Source: an uncultured Methanosarcinales archaeon
Lineage (GTDB): Archaea > Nanobdellota > Nanobdellia > Woesearchaeales > UBA9642
NCBI GenBank assembly: GCA_964605945.1
Contig: CAZSEK010000001.1
Coordinates: 1-54,211 of the forward strand
DNA length: 54,211 nt
Direction: 5' to 3'
Every line of letters starts with the position of its first letter. Position 1 is the first letter of the stretch. The position numbers and the translations under genes are program-made. This document shows positions 8,060 to 16,678 of the stretch, piece after piece. Below the pieces are notes generated by a model. The model ran no database searches and was not told the DNA's origin. It saw nothing but the letters and a program-made list of their open reading frames with translations.

Positions 8060-10471
8060 ATGAAAGGAAAAACAAATATTAAAGAAGCATTATTCGCAGT
8101 AATATTCATCACATTGTTCTTGATTACAATATATGGTGCATTGGCTGAAATAGAAGTAAATACATACAGCACAAGCAAAGAGTTCTATGTTACATCTGCA
8201 TTTGATAAGCTAAACGTATGCGAATGCTCAACAAAGTTTGATATTATGACAATCACAAACACAGGATCTTATGATACAATATTCACAATTAATACAAATG
8301 AATTAAAAGGAAAAGTCACATTCTCAGAAGTTTCATTCAACATACCTTCACACGAATCAAAAGATATCTTTATCTATTATAACTCACCATGCGCATCAGG
8401 TTCAGAAGAAGCAATATTTACAATCAGCTCAAATTTAGGAGTGCAGAAAGAAATAAAGAAAGAAATAACAACACAAAAATGCCAGAATTTACAGATGTGG
8501 GTCATTGATTACCAAAAAACAGGAAATACAACAAGACCAATTATGCCTTGCTCAGAAGCAAAATATAATGTCGGCATTAAAAACGTAGGAACATACACAG
8601 AAACATATATAATCTCAAACAATTATGATGTAAATACAAAATATTCAGCAAATAAAGTCACATTATTTCCAGAACAGGTATTTGAATTCGATGCATCAAT
8701 TAAATTCGACTGTTCTATCTACGGAGACAAAGAAATAATATTCTCAGCACATTCACAAAACAACAATTTAGAAGCGCAACTATCAACAAAATTAAGCATA
8801 TTAAGAGCATATGAATATTCTGTATTCATAAATAACAATCCAGCAGACACACAAAATGAATTTGCCTGCAACAGAATTTGGATGAAACAGATTCCTGTTA
8901 CAATAACAAATAACGCAGTCTATAAAAATAATTTTACATTTGACACAGAATCTCTTCCAAAATTCGTATCAATAGACGGATTAAATCTTAGTGAAGAGGG
9001 AAAATTCTCACTAAATCCTTCAGAAGCAAAAACATTTTATCTGAATATAGACACACACGAATTCAGAAATGAAGATAAAACATACACATTCAAATTAAAT
9101 TTCATATCAGAGTTAGGAGATATTGAAAAAACAAAAGAAGTTTCATTAAACGTGCTTCCTTGCTATGAACACACAATCTCAATCATAAACAAAACATCAC
9201 AGAACAATGCAAAAGAAATATGCTCAACATATCTTTATACATATTACCTTCTTGTGGAAAACAAAGGAAAATACACAGAAACAATTAGATTGTCTTTAGA
9301 TGGAAATCCTGGTACAGCGTCATTTTCAAAAAACAGAGTCACATTGATGCCTGGTGAAAATGAAACAATAAAATTATCCATATTCGGTCCAGAAACAAAT
9401 TATCTTTATAACATCAAGGCAACCGCAACACTATCTAATGGAATCGAAACAAGCGATAATTTATGGATAAAGGCAAATACAGAATATCAGTGCCACAATG
9501 TAGAAATAAACAACAATAAATTCAGAATAAATTACGATCCTGAAATGCTTACAACAGTCATTGAAAACAAAGGAATTGTTGAAGGCGATTACAAATTAGT
9601 CTGGAAAGAGGATTCAACAAATCTTCTTGACTTAAAAGAATCTTCAATTACACTTGAAGCAGGAGAGAAAAAAGCACTGCATTTCGACATTGATTCTCAA
9701 GACAAAGAAGAAGCAGTATACACAGGCACACTTACAATCCAACATAAAGATTCTGATATGGAATATTCAGAAGACATCAAAGTAACTTTGAAAGACAAAA
9801 CAATGTTAAGAAAAACATTTGAATATTTCATATACGGCACAGTATGCAGACAGTTCAGTTTCTATGAATTGGCTGCAATCATGCTTGTTGTCGCATTAAT
9901 AATATTTTTCCAAATAAAAGGACCTCACTATCCTTATAAATTTTGGAACAGAATCAAAGCAAAGAAAATAATTTTATTAATATTATTGTGCATCTTTTTA
10001 GGCGCATTAATATTCATAATCTTGATTACAGGCTTGCCTAAATCACACAATCAAGTCTATAATTTAACAGAAGATTATACGCAGCTAAGATTTGAGATTC
10101 TTGAAAATGATAAATTCACACTAGATGCATCAAAATTCTTTACAGATCCTGACAATAACACATTAAAATACACAGTATCAGAATCCAAACACATCAAATC
10201 CATAGTTAACGGAAATTCAGTAACCTTCTATCCTGATTATGCATGGTATGGAAATGAATCTATAATCATAACAGCATCAGATAGTTTCGGCGGTTATGCA
10301 GATAGTCCTTCAATAAAATTAATCATAAAACATACACCAGGAATGACAGGATTACAATGGTATAATTCGTATTGTTGGTATGTAAATCTGGGAATATTTT
10401 TGATAATTTTGATCTTGATTTTCTTAATGTTTGTAGTCAAACAAGAAAAAAGAGTCAGGAAAAAGAAATAA
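8060..10471 (+). CDS. Large multi-domain CARDB/S-layer-domain surface protein with TM segments and a cadherin-like module
   Basis: Likely start MKGKTNIKE at 8060, followed by a signal/anchor helix. Four repeats of the CARDB-like motif (ITNTGSYDTIF, IKNVGTYTETY, VENKGKYTETI, IENKGIVEGDY). Three TM helices near the C-terminus flank a cadherin-like segment (FTDPDNNTLKYTV...ITASDSFGG). Confidence 0.7.
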   Translation: MKGKTNIKEALFAVIFITLFLITIYGALAEIEVNTYSTSKEFYVTSAFDKLNVCECSTKFDIMTITNTGSYDTIFTINTNELKGKVTFSEVSFNIPSHESKDIFIYYNSPCASGSEEAIFTISSNLGVQKEIKKEITTQKCQNLQMWVIDYQKTGNTTRPIMPCSEAKYNVGIKNVGTYTETYIISNNYDVNTKYSANKVTLFPEQVFEFDASIKFDCSIYGDKEIIFSAHSQNNNLEAQLSTKLSILRAYEYSVFINNNPADTQNEFACNRIWMKQIPVTITNNAVYKNNFTFDTESLPKFVSIDGLNLSEEGKFSLNPSEAKTFYLNIDTHEFRNEDKTYTFKLNFISELGDIEKTKEVSLNVLPCYEHTISIINKTSQNNAKEICSTYLYTYYLLVENKGKYTETIRLSLDGNPGTASFSKNRVTLMPGENETIKLSIFGPETNYLYNIKATATLSNGIETSDNLWIKANTEYQCHNVEINNNKFRINYDPEMLTTVIENKGIVEGDYKLVWKEDSTNLLDLKESSITLEAGEKKALHFDIDSQDKEEAVYTGTLTIQHKDSDMEYSEDIKVTLKDKTMLRKTFEYFIYGTVCRQFSFYELAAIMLVVALIIFFQIKGPHYPYKFWNRIKAKKIILLILLCIFLGALIFIILITGLPKSHNQVYNLTEDYTQLRFEILENDKFTLDASKFFTDPDNNTLKYTVSESKHIKSIVNGNSVTFYPDYAWYGNESIIITASDSFGGYADSPSIKLIIKHTPGMTGLQWYNSYCWYVNLGIFLIILILIFLMFVVKQEKRVRKKK

Positions 10472-10539
10472 TCACAATACAAATAGTTTTTTAAACTAAT
10501 TCTTTTTTTATTTATTATTATGCTCACTTAGGGGGAAAT

Positions 10540-11661
10540 ATGCTTAAAAGAATATTTACATATACATTATTAACAAGCCTGTTATTGAATACAGGTTGTT
10601 CTACTATACCTATAAAATTTGCATACGAGTTAGAAAACAAAAATCTCCCTAGTTCTCATTCAATTGATGATTTGCTATTAAAATCCAAAGAAGAAAAATT
10701 AAAGCAAGATAAAGAAATAAAAAAAGAACAAAATAATTCTGTGCAAAAGAAATTACGGATCATAATTGATCCCGGACATGGTCCGTATGAAATAAGCGGA
10801 CAATTAGGCGCAAAAAACTATAAGACTAAAACAGATGAATTCTATTTAAATTTAGTTGTGGCAAAAAAACTCACAGATTTATTAAATCAAGATCCTAGAT
10901 TTCAAGTAGATTTGACAAAAGATTCAACAAAATATAATTCTTATTTTGAAACATACATGAATGATCCTAAAGTGAATGCTTTTGTAAATTCCCGATATAA
11001 AATAAAACATGATATTCCTAAACTCAGATCTAGAAAAGGGAAAAAATCAGGAGGAAGGGGATTATCTTATGAGGATTTAACCCCTGTATATATCACAAGA
11101 ATTGCAGGACAAGATAGTGGAGATGTTTTTTTAAGTCTGCATTTCGATGATGTTGATCCTAAAACTAAACAAAAAATAATAAAAAGAAAACTTCCTCCGC
11201 CAAAACCCTCATATTCAATATTAGTAAGTCCTTATTTTGAAAATCAAGCCGATTATGATAATTCTGTATTATTAATGAAATATATTGGGGAAGAATTTTC
11301 TCTACTTTTGCCAAAAAATCCTAGACCGAAAACAGATCAACGTGAAATAAAAATTCTAGAGAAAAAAGGAAAAATTCAAATTCATATGGATTTCAAAGAA
11401 ATAAGTGCATATGGTGGGACTGCTAGAGGAGTTACAGCAACAATAGGAGATAAAAGAATACCTAATAAAATTCCCACTTTATTACTTGAGCAGAATTTTA
11501 TAGACAATGTAGATTTAAACGATGATGCTCTAAATAAATATGCATTAGCAGTAAAAAATGCTTTTGTAAAATATTATGTAGCGCAACTTACTAAACAAAA
11601 ACTACCTATTTATACCCATCTTCCTTTCGCCCATTTAAACAATAATTTTATAAACCCATAA
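10540..11661 (+). CDS. N-acetylmuramoyl-L-alanine amidase-like (Amidase_3 / MurNAc-LAA fold) lipoprotein
   Basis: Lipobox-like LLLNTGC. IIIDPGHGP...DEFYLNLVVAKKL...DVFLSLHFDD matches the Amidase_3 pattern (IDpGHGG ... E ... SiHaNa) and retains the H/E/H zinc-ligand positions. Confidence 0.6.
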   Translation: MLKRIFTYTLLTSLLLNTGCSTIPIKFAYELENKNLPSSHSIDDLLLKSKEEKLKQDKEIKKEQNNSVQKKLRIIIDPGHGPYEISGQLGAKNYKTKTDEFYLNLVVAKKLTDLLNQDPRFQVDLTKDSTKYNSYFETYMNDPKVNAFVNSRYKIKHDIPKLRSRKGKKSGGRGLSYEDLTPVYITRIAGQDSGDVFLSLHFDDVDPKTKQKIIKRKLPPPKPSYSILVSPYFENQADYDNSVLLMKYIGEEFSLLLPKNPRPKTDQREIKILEKKGKIQIHMDFKEISAYGGTARGVTATIGDKRIPNKIPTLLLEQNFIDNVDLNDDALNKYALAVKNAFVKYYVAQLTKQKLPIYTHLPFAHLNNNFINP

Positions 11662-11680
11662 TAATTCTTATTCTATGTGT

Positions 11681-11796
11681 GGGGACGTAGTATAACCTGG
11701 CTAGAATAGACGGCTCCAACTTGGAGCGCTGAGGCGAAAGCCAATGACACTTCTAGCAGTCACCGTCGGATCCGAGTTCAAATCTCGGCGTCCCCA
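11681..11796 (+). tRNA. tRNA-Trp(CCA) with a ~42-nt intron at the canonical 37/38 position
   Basis: Acceptor GGGGACG/CGTCCCC plus A73. Anticodon stem GACGG/CCGTC with loop CU-CCA-A. T arm CCGAG-TTCAAAT-CTCGG. The intron start TTGGAG pairs with CTCCAA of the anticodon loop (BHB-like). The D stem is weak (GU pairs and a mismatch). Confidence 0.75.
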
Positions 11797-11803
11797 TTTA
11801 ATC

Positions 11804-12415
11804 TCATTTTTGTCCAATGGCACAAGTCCATAATTTTCCAACATCTCTTGTCGAAATAACATTTATGCTGTTATCATTGTAAATCTTTCCTATTTTATGC
11901 GGGTGTATCCGATAAACAGTGCCTTTTTCTGTTTCGGCTTTTTCAGAATTTATTTCTTTCAGTCCCATGCCTATGTGTTTGTAATACTTCTTAAGGAATT
12001 CTGTTGTAAACTCGTTTTGAGACCAGCTAAATGTTAGTATTTTACCTTCTGGTTTTGCCAAACATATTTTCTGACGTATAAATTCTTCTCTTTCTTTAGG
12101 TTCAATCGAACCGATTGTGTTGTAAGTTGAATAAACAATATCGAATAGATTATCTTTTAGAACAGTTCTTAATATATCGTCTTGTATAAGAACAACATTA
12201 TCTAAACTGCCTCTTTCTAAGGCCGCGAGTATCATATTTTTACTCTTGTCAATCCCATAAAACTCTATATCTTTAGAATAATATTTACTTGCTAACTTAT
12301 CTAATGGTCTTCCTGCACCGCAGCCAACATCTAGAACTCTTCTAGGATAACTTTCCGCACCACATCGTCTATTCAAATCTTTAATAATATACAAATCAAT
12401 ATACAAATCCAACAT
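11804..12415 (-). CDS. Class I SAM-dependent methyltransferase
   Basis: Motif I VLDVGCGAGRP and post-I/II acidic residues (FYGIDKS, IQDD). GAGGAG SD upstream. Confidence 0.8.
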   Translation of the reverse strand: MLDLYIDLYIIKDLNRRCGAESYPRRVLDVGCGAGRPLDKLASKYYSKDIEFYGIDKSKNMILAALERGSLDNVVLIQDDILRTVLKDNLFDIVYSTYNTIGSIEPKEREEFIRQKICLAKPEGKILTFSWSQNEFTTEFLKKYYKHIGMGLKEINSEKAETEKGTVYRIHPHKIGKIYNDNSINVISTRDVGKLWTCAIGQK

Positions 12416-12445
12416 CTTAAACTCCTCGTCGAATGTTTCTTTTAA

Positions 12446-12514
12446 TTAAGGCAAAGGATTGTTTATTGATTTCATATAACATTCAAAATATTTTTTTGCA
12501 TCGACTGATGTCAT
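12446..12514 (-). CDS. Possible 22-aa micro-ORF (MTSVDAKKYFECYMKSINNPLP)
   Basis: It carries the same 18-nt translation-initiation region (CGAGGTAAATAAAATGAC) as the 12520-13209 gene. No other support. Confidence 0.2.
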   Translation of the reverse strand: MTSVDAKKYFECYMKSINNPLP

Positions 12515-12527
12515 TTTATTTACCTCG
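12510..12527 (-). repeat. 18-nt exact repeat GTCATTTTATTTACCTCG (copy 1; SD + spacer + ATG on the minus strand)
   Basis: Identical to 13205-13222. Confidence 0.8.
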
Positions 12528-13209
12528 GATTATTTCTTAATTCATCTTTTTTCATATGATGCCGTCCATAGATACTTATTTCCTTATTCGCTTCTATTTC
12601 CGCGTTTTCAGCCAATTCATAAATATCTTTAATAAATTTTGAATTTTCTTGGAATCCTATCGATTCCTTCGGTAATTTTGGATTTTCTTTGACAACTCTC
12701 AGCCCAAGCCTTATCGCCCGCCTTTCTAGAGCTTCGCATATTTTTGCAGCCTTTAACGGATTATATTCTGCCTGAAATTGTGGATATTCTTGTTTATACG
12801 CAGTATTTTGCAGGTATTCATGCATATAGCCCAGCACTTCTTTCAGATTGTTTAATTGAAAACTAGTATAGTCTGTATTTATGCCTGCTAAAATGAGTTC
12901 CTGTTCTGAAATTTTAAAATAAGAATCCGAGTTTTCTGGTGTTGGTTTCTGCAACCAATCTTTCGCGCGGGGTTCACACAATCGGGACTTTTCCACACCC
13001 GCTTTCACTTCAAGTATATTTTCTCTGATTTTTTTTATTGTTTCAGCAGAAGGTTTTTTCTGTTCTTCAATCATTCTTCTTATCTTTTTTACTTCATTGT
13101 CAGATACGAAACCATGATAGATTTTTCTTCTTTCTTTTGTTGATCTTTCAATTTCTTTTTCTACTTCCGCGTGCAGTATTTTTCTTTGAAGATCTTCTAA
13201 TGTTGTCAT
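12520..13209 (-). CDS. Hypothetical protein (charged, helical)
   Basis: 229-aa ORF with a GAGGT SD. No recognisable motif. Confidence 0.6.
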   Translation of the reverse strand: MTTLEDLQRKILHAEVEKEIERSTKERRKIYHGFVSDNEVKKIRRMIEEQKKPSAETIKKIRENILEVKAGVEKSRLCEPRAKDWLQKPTPENSDSYFKISEQELILAGINTDYTSFQLNNLKEVLGYMHEYLQNTAYKQEYPQFQAEYNPLKAAKICEALERRAIRLGLRVVKENPKLPKESIGFQENSKFIKDIYELAENAEIEANKEISIYGRHHMKKDELRNNPR

Positions 13210-13222
13210 TTTATTTACCTCG
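13205..13222 (-). repeat. 18-nt exact repeat GTCATTTTATTTACCTCG (copy 2)
   Basis: Identical to 12510-12527. Confidence 0.8.
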
Positions 13223-13231
13223 ATTTAAGTT

Positions 13232-13555
13232 TTATCGTAATTTTCTTTTTATTGATTCGTAATCGATTGAAAAAAAATAATTTTTCATCTTTAAATATAA
13301 AAATTCTTGTGATGCTTTTATAATCCTAGCACCAACTGCTTTAGGTTCTCGGTCTTCACGTTCATATAATTCATGAATACGAGAAAATTCTCCTGGTTTT
13401 ATCAAAAAAAAATTATTGTCGCTTAAGTGATGTGAAACAACTGCTGTACCATCTCCACTCAATCCATAAAAAGATAGCAATAATTCCATCCCTTTTTCTA
13501 ACGAGGGCAATTCTTTTTTCGATAATAGTTCGTATTTTATATTCATGTCTGTCAT
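13232..13555 (-). CDS. Hypothetical protein, paralog of the 13557-13928 product
   Basis: MNIKYELLSKKELPSLEKGMELLLSFYGLSGDGTAVVS aligns with MKIRYNISSQDELKLVEEGMNLLFSSYDLRANGNISVS. A shared (L/I)I..PG motif follows. Confidence 0.6.
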   Translation of the reverse strand: MTDMNIKYELLSKKELPSLEKGMELLLSFYGLSGDGTAVVSHHLSDNNFFLIKPGEFSRIHELYEREDREPKAVGARIIKASQEFLYLKMKNYFFSIDYESIKRKLR

Positions 13556-13556
13556 T

Positions 13557-13928
13557 TTATCTCGCCAAATTTAATCTATTGTAAAAAATTGTATAAGAAT
13601 ATTCGTTAATTTCTAGGAGTAAACGTCCTGGAAATGCGCCCGCTAGAAATTTAGTGCTGGCTGTTCCTTCAGAGTTTGTGTTATTTTTTGATTCAAACAA
13701 ACCCTCAATGTGAGAGTTTTTGTCTCCAGGTTCAACTATTATGAGTTTATTTTCCAGACCAGGTTTTGCTCCAAGCCCATTGAATCTTGAAACAGATATG
13801 TTACCATTCGCTCTTAAATCATAAGAAGAAAATAATAAGTTCATCCCTTCTTCTACTAATTTTAATTCATCTTGCGATGATATATTATATCTTATCTTCA
13901 TAGTCGGATTATTTATTTGTTCATTCAT
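13557..13928 (-). CDS. Hypothetical protein, paralog of the 13232-13555 product
   Basis: GGGGGT SD upstream. Separated by 1 nt from the downstream paralog. Confidence 0.6.
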   Translation of the reverse strand: MNEQINNPTMKIRYNISSQDELKLVEEGMNLLFSSYDLRANGNISVSRFNGLGAKPGLENKLIIVEPGDKNSHIEGLFESKNNTNSEGTASTKFLAGAFPGRLLLEINEYSYTIFYNRLNLAR

Positions 13929-14056
13929 TTTATTTTACCCCCAATCTTTTTTAACTTGTAATAACTATTAAGTAGTTATATAGATATATAAGATTTCGCA
14001 TTGTTTTTTTTATAAAAACGAAATATTTATATACTAATGTTTGGTTATTATAGATT

Positions 14057-15022
14057 ATGCTCAAATCGAAGTTTAATCTAGGGCTTGATGCAAAGGATAT
14101 AGCAATATTAAGGGAACTAGATAAAAATGTAAGAGTATCCTCTATACAGATAGGTAAAAAAACACGTTTAAGCAAGGAAGTTGTCCAGTACAGGATAAAA
14201 AGGCTTGAGGATAATAAAATCATAACAGGATACTGGGCAATAATAAATTCTGCACCCGCATTTGCATATAAAATACTGATAAAAAACAAAAATCTGGCAA
14301 AAGAAAAAAGGCAGGAATTCATTGATTATGTGACAAAGCATAAAAGAGTTTCCTGGTTTGCGAATACAGAAGGAAACTTTGATTATATTATTACTGTTTT
14401 TGCAAAAGATGATGTTGAATTCAGTGATTTCTGCGAAAAACTTTTCAGTTTATATGGCTCTTATTTTCAGGAAAGACATATTTTAAAGACCACAACAGCA
14501 AGCATAACCAATGAAAAATATCTTTACGAAAAAGGGGATTTTTTATATAACTGGAAATTTGAAATTTCAAAAGGAATTGAACCTGATGATGAAACAGAAG
14601 AAAAAATCCTAAGGGAAATTTCCCTGAATTCAAGGGCAAAATTTACTGAAATTGCCGAAAAAGTAAATTTGACACCAGAAGCTGTTGCACATAGATTTAA
14701 AAAAATCATTAAGAAAAAACTAATACTTGGTCTAAAAGTCAGGCTTGATTTTAACAAATTAAATCTTGAATATTATCATTTTTTTATAAGATTGCAGGAC
14801 CAGACAAAAAAGAAAGAACTTATTTCCTATTACACCATGCATCCTGACTGCAATTCCATATTACAGCACATAGGATGTTATGATTTACATCTTGAATTTA
14901 TACTGCCCAAAGATAAAATCCAATGTGTGCTTGATGATTTTATTTCAAAATTCGGAACAGATGTTGCAAGCTATGAATTGCTGCATATAAGAGAAGAGTA
15001 TATATTGAAGGTTTTAAAATAA
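14057..15022 (+). CDS. Tandem (double) Lrp/AsnC-family transcriptional regulator
   Basis: Two HTH_AsnC-like modules (LDAKDIAILRELDKNVRVSSIQIGKKTRLSKEVVQYRIKRLEDNKII and ETEEKILREISLNSRAKFTEIAEKVNLTPEAVAHRFKKII), each followed by a RAM-like segment. TATA ~25 nt upstream. Confidence 0.7.
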   Translation: MLKSKFNLGLDAKDIAILRELDKNVRVSSIQIGKKTRLSKEVVQYRIKRLEDNKIITGYWAIINSAPAFAYKILIKNKNLAKEKRQEFIDYVTKHKRVSWFANTEGNFDYIITVFAKDDVEFSDFCEKLFSLYGSYFQERHILKTTTASITNEKYLYEKGDFLYNWKFEISKGIEPDDETEEKILREISLNSRAKFTEIAEKVNLTPEAVAHRFKKIIKKKLILGLKVRLDFNKLNLEYYHFFIRLQDQTKKKELISYYTMHPDCNSILQHIGCYDLHLEFILPKDKIQCVLDDFISKFGTDVASYELLHIREEYILKVLK

Positions 15023-15033
15023 AAGGAATTAAA

Positions 15034-15735
15034 ATGCCAAAACCAAAATTTAAAAAAAAGGATATAAAGAAACAATCTTTCTGGAAGGAAAATAAGAGAA
15101 TAATTTGGTTTGCAGTAATTCTTTGCCTGTTTTCTGTTGCAATAACATTACTACAGCCTTTGTTTGAACAACTCATCCAAAACAATCCTTCGCTGAATGA
15201 AAATTACAAATTTATTCTTCAGCAGCTTGATGAGCAATCATTCATCTGGCTTTTCATAATTGCATTTATAGGTAGTCTATTGATTTTCCCGCTGGCTGTT
15301 GATTTCTTGTTTGCATTTTATATACTTGCAAATGCCAATCCATATTACACAACAATTGCCTGTTTTTCAGGTGTGGTTTTGGGAAGAATAGTAGATTATT
15401 GGTTCGGATATTTATTTAGTGATATTGTCACAAAAAAAATAATAAAAAAACACATCAAGCAGTTCAGAAAAGATTTTTCAAGATGGGGCATCTCGATGAT
15501 TTTTTTCGGGCATTTTATTCCATTCTTTCCATTAGAACCTTTATCAGCATTTCTTGGATCAATCAAATTTGATTTTTGGAAATTTCTGGCATATACTTGC
15601 TTGGGAAAAATAATAAAACTGCTCCTGCTGATAATGTTTTTCAAATATTTTTTCACATACGGCATAGCACTTATGACATTCAGTTTTACAGATCTGATAA
15701 AAATCATGTTTAACTCCCTGCCGAAACCATTTTAA
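15034..15735 (+). CDS. DedA/VTT (SNARE-associated)-like polytopic membrane protein
   Basis: Multiple TM helices. GRIVDYWFGY...FGHFIPFFPLEPLSAFLGS resembles the DedA/TVP38 signature. Confidence 0.45.
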   Translation: MPKPKFKKKDIKKQSFWKENKRIIWFAVILCLFSVAITLLQPLFEQLIQNNPSLNENYKFILQQLDEQSFIWLFIIAFIGSLLIFPLAVDFLFAFYILANANPYYTTIACFSGVVLGRIVDYWFGYLFSDIVTKKIIKKHIKQFRKDFSRWGISMIFFGHFIPFFPLEPLSAFLGSIKFDFWKFLAYTCLGKIIKLLLLIMFFKYFFTYGIALMTFSFTDLIKIMFNSLPKPF

Positions 15736-15804
15736 AATCAATAAATTTAAATACACGAAGATAAATCATAGAAGAGTAGTTGATACATATTGTGAGGTAA
15801 AAAT

Positions 15805-16371
15805 ATGGATAAACAAATAGAAATAAACAATGATTTAAAACATTACATTCATGAAAAGAAAAAAGCAGAGCCTTTCTGGAAAAAAGTATTCAATTTAAAA
15901 TCAAGGTCAAAAGAGGCTGTTCAGGAAGATATAAAAGAAGACCTAGAAAAGAAAGCAGCAGTAGAAAATGCCCAAATTTCTAAAGAAGACCAAAAAGAAT
16001 TTCAGGAAATGGAATCCAAAATAGAAGAAGTGAATAAAGTCGAGGAAGAAGTCATGGAAAAAATAGAAGTTGAACATGAAAGCTTATTAAGAAAATTCTT
16101 TAAAAAATTAAATTTCTCAAAAAAATCAAAAGCAGATATTTTGGATGAAGAAGAAATAGAAGAATTCGCACAGACACATGAAAAGAAAAAAGATGAGCTG
16201 ATAACAAAAGTTGAAATCTCTGAATTAGATGATGATGAAGTAAAAGAATTTCTTAAAAAAACACACGATTGGCTTCTCGAACTTCCACCAGAAAGACTGG
16301 CTGAAATAAAAGAGACAAAAGAATTTGACACTTATAAAAAATTATTAAAAAAACATAATTTAATCAAATAA
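15805..16371 (+). CDS. Hypothetical acidic Glu/Lys-rich coiled-coil protein
   Basis: 188-aa ORF with GAGGT SD-like upstream sequence. Low-complexity E/K composition. Confidence 0.5.
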   Translation: MDKQIEINNDLKHYIHEKKKAEPFWKKVFNLKSRSKEAVQEDIKEDLEKKAAVENAQISKEDQKEFQEMESKIEEVNKVEEEVMEKIEVEHESLLRKFFKKLNFSKKSKADILDEEEIEEFAQTHEKKKDELITKVEISELDDDEVKEFLKKTHDWLLELPPERLAEIKETKEFDTYKKLLKKHNLIK

Positions 16372-16383
16372 ACGAGGTCTAAA

Positions 16384-16638
16384 ATGCAGGACAAAACACC
16401 AATGTATCTTTTATCAATTCTTGGAATTGTTATCGTAATCGGAGCAATAATAATGCTATTCAGTATAACTAATACCACAACACCACAAATTCAAGGAAAT
16501 GCAGTCTATGAAGACAATCTAATGACTGGAAATGCTGTTTTTGACACATCTGCTCCTAACTTGAATGTCTTCGGAAAAATAATATTCATGACATTCCTTG
16601 TAGGTGTTGTAACATACATGTATTTCAAGGTTGAATAA
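16384..16638 (+). CDS. Small two-TM membrane protein
   Basis: 84-aa ORF with TM helices at both ends. Confidence 0.45.
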   Translation: MQDKTPMYLLSILGIVIVIGAIIMLFSITNTTTPQIQGNAVYEDNLMTGNAVFDTSAPNLNVFGKIIFMTFLVGVVTYMYFKVE

Positions 16639-16678
16639 TAATTTTTTTTATTTCTTATTTTTCTTTAAAATTTTAGAA

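Noticed and set aside
11720-11761. C/D-box guide RNA inside the tRNA-Trp intron, as in euryarchaeal tRNA-Trp
   Set aside because: The intron is only ~42 nt. It has a CTGA and an AATGAC flanking a GGC-GAAA-GCC hairpin (possibly K-turn-like), but no canonical RUGAUGA box C and no room for guide sequences. The evidence is insufficient.
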